Made by a program: the position numbers and the translations under genes. A stretch of 42,177 nucleotides of DNA from a virus. The DNA is taken from IMG/VR virus record IMGVR_UViG_3300012929_000013; one strand, written 5' to 3'. Positions 39,760 to 42,177 of the stretch are shown piece by piece (positions within the stretch are counted from its first letter, which is position 1; the number at the start of each line of letters is the position of its first letter). The notes beneath the pieces are model-generated. The model saw only the letters and a program-made list of their open reading frames with translations, was not told the DNA's origin and ran no database searches.

Positions 39760-40172
39760 CCGCCGAGAGCCCCCTTCGCCAAGCGCTCAGGATCGAGCGC
39801 GTCGCAGACGCCATCAAGGAATTCTTCGCCGACACGCCATTGCCGGAAAAGACGCCCGAAGCAATCGGCGCCCAACGATCAGCGCTCGCCGCCGCCGCCA
39901 TCTCTGCCTACGAGGCCGCGCTGGCGGAGGACGGGTACGCGATCGTGAGGCTGGATCGTCGCAAGCAAGAGCCGCTGAGCTTTGACGCCGTGCGCCGCGG
40001 CGACGATCTCTCCGTCGCGCTCGACCGCATCGCCGAGTTGGAAGCCGCGTTGAGAAAGCATGGTGACCACACTTCTAATTGTGACATTCGACAATATCAC
40101 GACGAGGATTTCATCGCGAAATGTGACTGCGGATGGGGCGCCCTTGCCACCGAGCCGCCCGATGACCGCTGA
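39756..40172 (+). CDS. Hypothetical protein (138 aa), mosaic paralogue of 35848..36450 and 39089..39526
   Basis: Start MTAESPLRQ... was chosen for its ATGA overlap inside track ORF 39723..40172. The C-terminal motif is EAALRKHGDHTSNCDIRQYHDEDFIAKCDCG. Confidence 0.6.
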   Translation: MTAESPLRQALRIERVADAIKEFFADTPLPEKTPEAIGAQRSALAAAAISAYEAALAEDGYAIVRLDRRKQEPLSFDAVRRGDDLSVALDRIAELEAALRKHGDHTSNCDIRQYHDEDFIAKCDCGWGALATEPPDDR

Positions 40173-40905
40173 GCCGCGCACGCCGGCGCAACGCGAGCGC
40201 GCCCCGCTTGAAAGGAGGTGGTGCCGCTTGAATCTCCCAATACAACCGAATGTGAGATGATGCGCGAGAGGAGGTGATGCCACATCGACCGCGAAAACCA
40301 ACAGTTATGCCTTAGACGACGCCCCGTCATCTGACTAGGTGGCGGGGCGCTCTATGACGGTCACCATGCAACGAGGCGTGACTTTAGCCGCCGGGCTAAA
40401 CGACCGTGAATTTGCCCGGCGCGCGGAACGTGGTAGCATTAGTGGCCCTAGGGAGTTACCACTGAACGAAAGGCGTGCCGGACTCTTGGGATGCCCGATC
40501 GAGCATCTCTGGTAGGACGCGAGAGCCCGGATCAAGTCGAGTCGGCGACACGCCTGCCGCGCCGTGCTATTATGCCATCACCGCGGCAGCGTTGGATGGA
40601 CAGCGCGTCCCCGCCACAGGGGAGCCGGGAAGCGGCGGCAGGCACCTGGACTGCAAGGTCATTCCGAGCCGGTACCAAGCCCGGCCCGCGGCAACTACCG
40701 CCGTCTCCCCTTCGGCCCGTACCACATCTCGATGTCGGATGACCATTCACACAGCGGTCGCGGAGACGCGATGTTCCGGCCACGCACCTCCGGCGGACGA
40801 GGCCGGGGGTGTAATGTGTGCAGCCACAAGAGGCCGAGCCTGTATTGCCAGCGGAACATCGCGCCTCCGCTGGCGAAGATAGCCGAGAGGGGTTAAGATT
40901 TTCCC
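40173..40905. other. 733-bp ORF-poor, hairpin-rich region (candidate structured RNA, packaging/replication signal or decayed gene)
   Basis: No ORF here has a convincing RBS, GC3 bias or protein-like composition. There are many GC stems, for example TTTAGCC-GCCG-GGCTAAA (40383-40400), CGCCCCG...CGGGGCG (40320-40349) and CTGCCGCG...CGCGGCAG (40554-40589). There are also direct repeats: AGGAGGTG(G/A)TGCC at 40213 and 40271, and CCGCTTGAA twice. Confidence 0.4.
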
Positions 40906-41472
40906 ATGCAGTGGTGCCTCTCTCACCGAGCCGACCCCGCCGCCGCTGGTCTCGCCGATAGGCATTACAATCGACAGAAGATCGGGACCAAGCAATTCGT
41001 TCCGCCGGGCCGCTGCCTCGTACTGGTCTCCGAGAATGGGCGCGCGTTTTGGATCACGTCCTGGCCCTTCGCCGAGTACGTCAAGCATCGCTGGGCTGGC
41101 GCGTGGGTATGCTCCGCCTTTCGGTCGGAAGACGCTGGACGAGCATCCGACCTCATCCGGGATGCGGTCGCCGCATCGCTGTCATGGTGGGGCGAGCCGC
41201 CGACTACTGGCATGGTGACTTTTATCGACCGCGGCCAAGTGCGCCCAACAATTGTTCGCGGTGTCGCAACTTGGGGATGGACATGGCGCAAAGCCGGTTT
41301 CTTCCCAGATGGCGAGACGAAAGGCGGCTTGCTCGCCTTCCGGCTACTCCCCGGCGATATGCCGGTGCCTACTCCGGCGATGTGTCGATCAATGCATGGC
41401 ACGCCGCTGTTCGATTTCAGCGCTTGCGCCACGCCTCGACGAGCCGCAGGATCACGGTTACCGCCGGGGTGA
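40906..41472 (+). CDS. Hypothetical protein (188 aa), possibly GNAT/XF1762-like fold
   Basis: Track ORF. The pattern DRHYNRQ...WVCSAFRSEDAGRASDLIRDAV...MVTFID...WRKAGFFPDGETKGG is reminiscent of small acetyltransferase-fold prophage proteins, but the match is weak. Confidence 0.3.
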   Translation: MQWCLSHRADPAAAGLADRHYNRQKIGTKQFVPPGRCLVLVSENGRAFWITSWPFAEYVKHRWAGAWVCSAFRSEDAGRASDLIRDAVAASLSWWGEPPTTGMVTFIDRGQVRPTIVRGVATWGWTWRKAGFFPDGETKGGLLAFRLLPGDMPVPTPAMCRSMHGTPLFDFSACATPRRAAGSRLPPG

Positions 41473-41545
41473 ACCAGACGAGGGCGATCAGCCACGCGAT
41501 CGGCACGTGCTCGTGGATCGCTTCATCGATTAGCAAGGTTTCCAT
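41417..41545 (-). CDS. 42-aa single-TM peptide on the opposite strand to its neighbours
   Basis: Not in the track. Hand translation: METLLIDEAIHEHVPIAWLIALVWFTPAVTVILRLVEAWRKR. GGAGGAG lies 10 nt upstream, GC3 is very high, and its 3' end overlaps the end of 40906..41472 by 56 nt. Confidence 0.5.
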   Translation of the reverse strand: METLLIDEAIHEHVPIAWLIALVWFTPAVTVILRLVEAWRKR

Positions 41546-41731
41546 GGGAAAAGTTCTCCTCCAACACGCGGAGGAGTTTAATTTCCGTTCGTTAATCGAT
41601 CACTCACAAGAAAGTCACAGCGGTAAGGTGGCCGCCGACGTGCGCCAACAAATCCGCCCGTCTCAAGCGCTAACCATATAAGCTTGGCGCGGCGGCTGTG
41701 ACCGCGATCACTCACTTCCCCGGCAGTGCCC

Positions 41732-41926
41732 ATGAACGACACGCAGGCGGCAGACGACGCGGCGATCGAGGGCGCCCGCAGCTTCCGCGACCGCGCGATC
41801 GAGGCCGTCCGCCAGGCCAACGGCGATTTGTTCGTCTCGCCGAATTGCGTCATGGCCGTCGACCACATGATCAGGACGGTGGTTCGGATTCTCCAAGAGA
41901 TACCGCTGGCGGCGCCTCGCGAATGA
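41732..41926 (+). CDS. Hypothetical protein (64 aa)
   Basis: ATG inside track ORF 41726..41926, translating MNDTQAADDAAIEGARSFRDRAIEAVRQANGDLF.... GC3 is very high. It converges on and overlaps the SLT gene end by 56 nt. Confidence 0.55.
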   Translation: MNDTQAADDAAIEGARSFRDRAIEAVRQANGDLFVSPNCVMAVDHMIRTVVRILQEIPLAAPRE

Positions 41927-42177
41927 GCATGTAGACGGTATTGGCGTAGGCGACGGCTTGATCGTAGAACCTCGCGCCCGAGCCATGCCGCATGGTTGAG
42001 AGGCCACCATTGTAGGCCGCGACCGCCGTCCTCTCGTCCTGAAGCTCGGTGATCAGCCATGCGAGATAGGCTGCCCCGGCGTCGAGCGCCAAGGCCGGAT
42101 TGAACAGCTTCTCCCAATCGACTCCCATGTCGCTGGCGGCTCCCCCGTGCATCTGCATGAGGCCGCGTGCCTTGCCG
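41871..42177 (-). CDS. Lytic transglycosylase, C-terminal part (same gene as 1..260; 42055-42177 duplicates 1-123)
   Basis: Track ORF 41871..42158: ...GLMQMHGGAASDMGVDWEKLFNPALALDAGAAYLAWLITELQDERTAVAAYNGGLSTMRHG, with the SLT AYNGG-type motif. Confidence 0.8.
   Translation of the reverse strand, partial: GKARGLMQMHGGAASDMGVDWEKLFNPALALDAGAAYLAWLITELQDERTAVAAYNGGLSTMRHGSGARFYDQAVAYANTVYMLIREAPPAVSLGESEPPS

Noticed and set aside
40475-40882. ORFs of 66-135 aa in the 40.2-40.9 kb region (40475..40882, 40491..40742, 40564..40896, 40335..40535, 40532..40783)
   Set aside because: They overlap one another, lack an RBS, are Arg/Gly/Pro-rich, and have GC3 of only about 64-72% by my count. They are treated as non-coding, although 40564..40896 cannot be fully excluded.
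40173-40905. tRNA, tmRNA, RNase P, SRP RNA or hammerhead motifs in the ORF-poor region
   Set aside because: I found no T-loop (GTTCGAATC-like), no CUGAUGA...GAAA hammerhead core, no RNase P GGAAAGUCCGG box and no tag reading frame by eye. A covariance-model scan is still needed.
41578-42117. 179-aa and 100-aa minus-strand ORFs overlapping the SLT C-terminus and the 41732..41926 gene
   Set aside because: They are out of frame with the SLT motifs, Arg-rich, and overlap two better-supported genes.
1-42177. Integrated prophage with att sites, integrase and CI repressor
   Set aside because: No recombinase-like or CI-like ORF was found in any frame. The end repeat lies inside a gene and closes the circle, so there is no flanking host DNA.

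Overview
The window is a complete, circularly closed genome of a GC-rich tailed phage. Bases 1-123 are identical to 42055-42177, so the unique length is 42,054 bp, and one gene (an SLT lytic transglycosylase) spans the junction. I found no tRNA, rRNA, CRISPR array, integrase or recognisable CI-type repressor, so I do not call it an integrated prophage.

Two divergent transcription units start from a compact promoter/operator switch at about 32.0 kb.

- **Leftward unit (minus strand, 32.0 kb down to 1, wrapping to 41871).** In order: Cro/YdaS-like HTH, small Cys-rich proteins, RusA resolvase, Cas4-like PD-(D/E)XK exonuclease, a possible ssDNA-binding protein, an Rmf-like protein, a prim-pol/helicase fusion, an iteron-rich putative origin, TerS, TerL, portal and scaffold. 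These are followed by an N4-gp56-type major capsid gene, a small capsid-adjacent protein, and a 4.4-kb island of glycosyltransferases plus an exoribonuclease. Then come T7-like tail tubular A and B proteins, Gly/Met/Pro/Gln-rich internal virion proteins, tail fibres (one with a peptidase-S74 chaperone domain) and a lysis cassette ending in the SLT enzyme.
- **Rightward unit (plus strand, 32.1-40.2 kb).** About 26 small genes, mostly chained by ATGA overlaps. They include a pentapeptide-repeat protein, Ea22-like paralogues, a run of membrane proteins, a winged-helix protein, an XRE HTH protein and a J-domain protein. A 730-bp ORF-poor, hairpin-rich region and three more small genes follow.

The strongest non-obvious signals are:
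1. The capsid gene is split by a 743-nt group I intron with a T4 td-like core. The intron carries an HNH endonuclease ORF, and removing it restores an in-frame 367-aa capsid protein.
2. A TPR-GT9 / GT-like / GT8 cassette sits directly behind the capsid genes, making it a candidate virion or protein glycosylation system.
3. The 40.2-40.9 kb region has no convincing gene in any frame.
4. The early pentapeptide-repeat gene contains nine nearly perfect 15-bp DNA repeats.

All functional calls rest on motifs read by eye and on gene order. No database search was possible.
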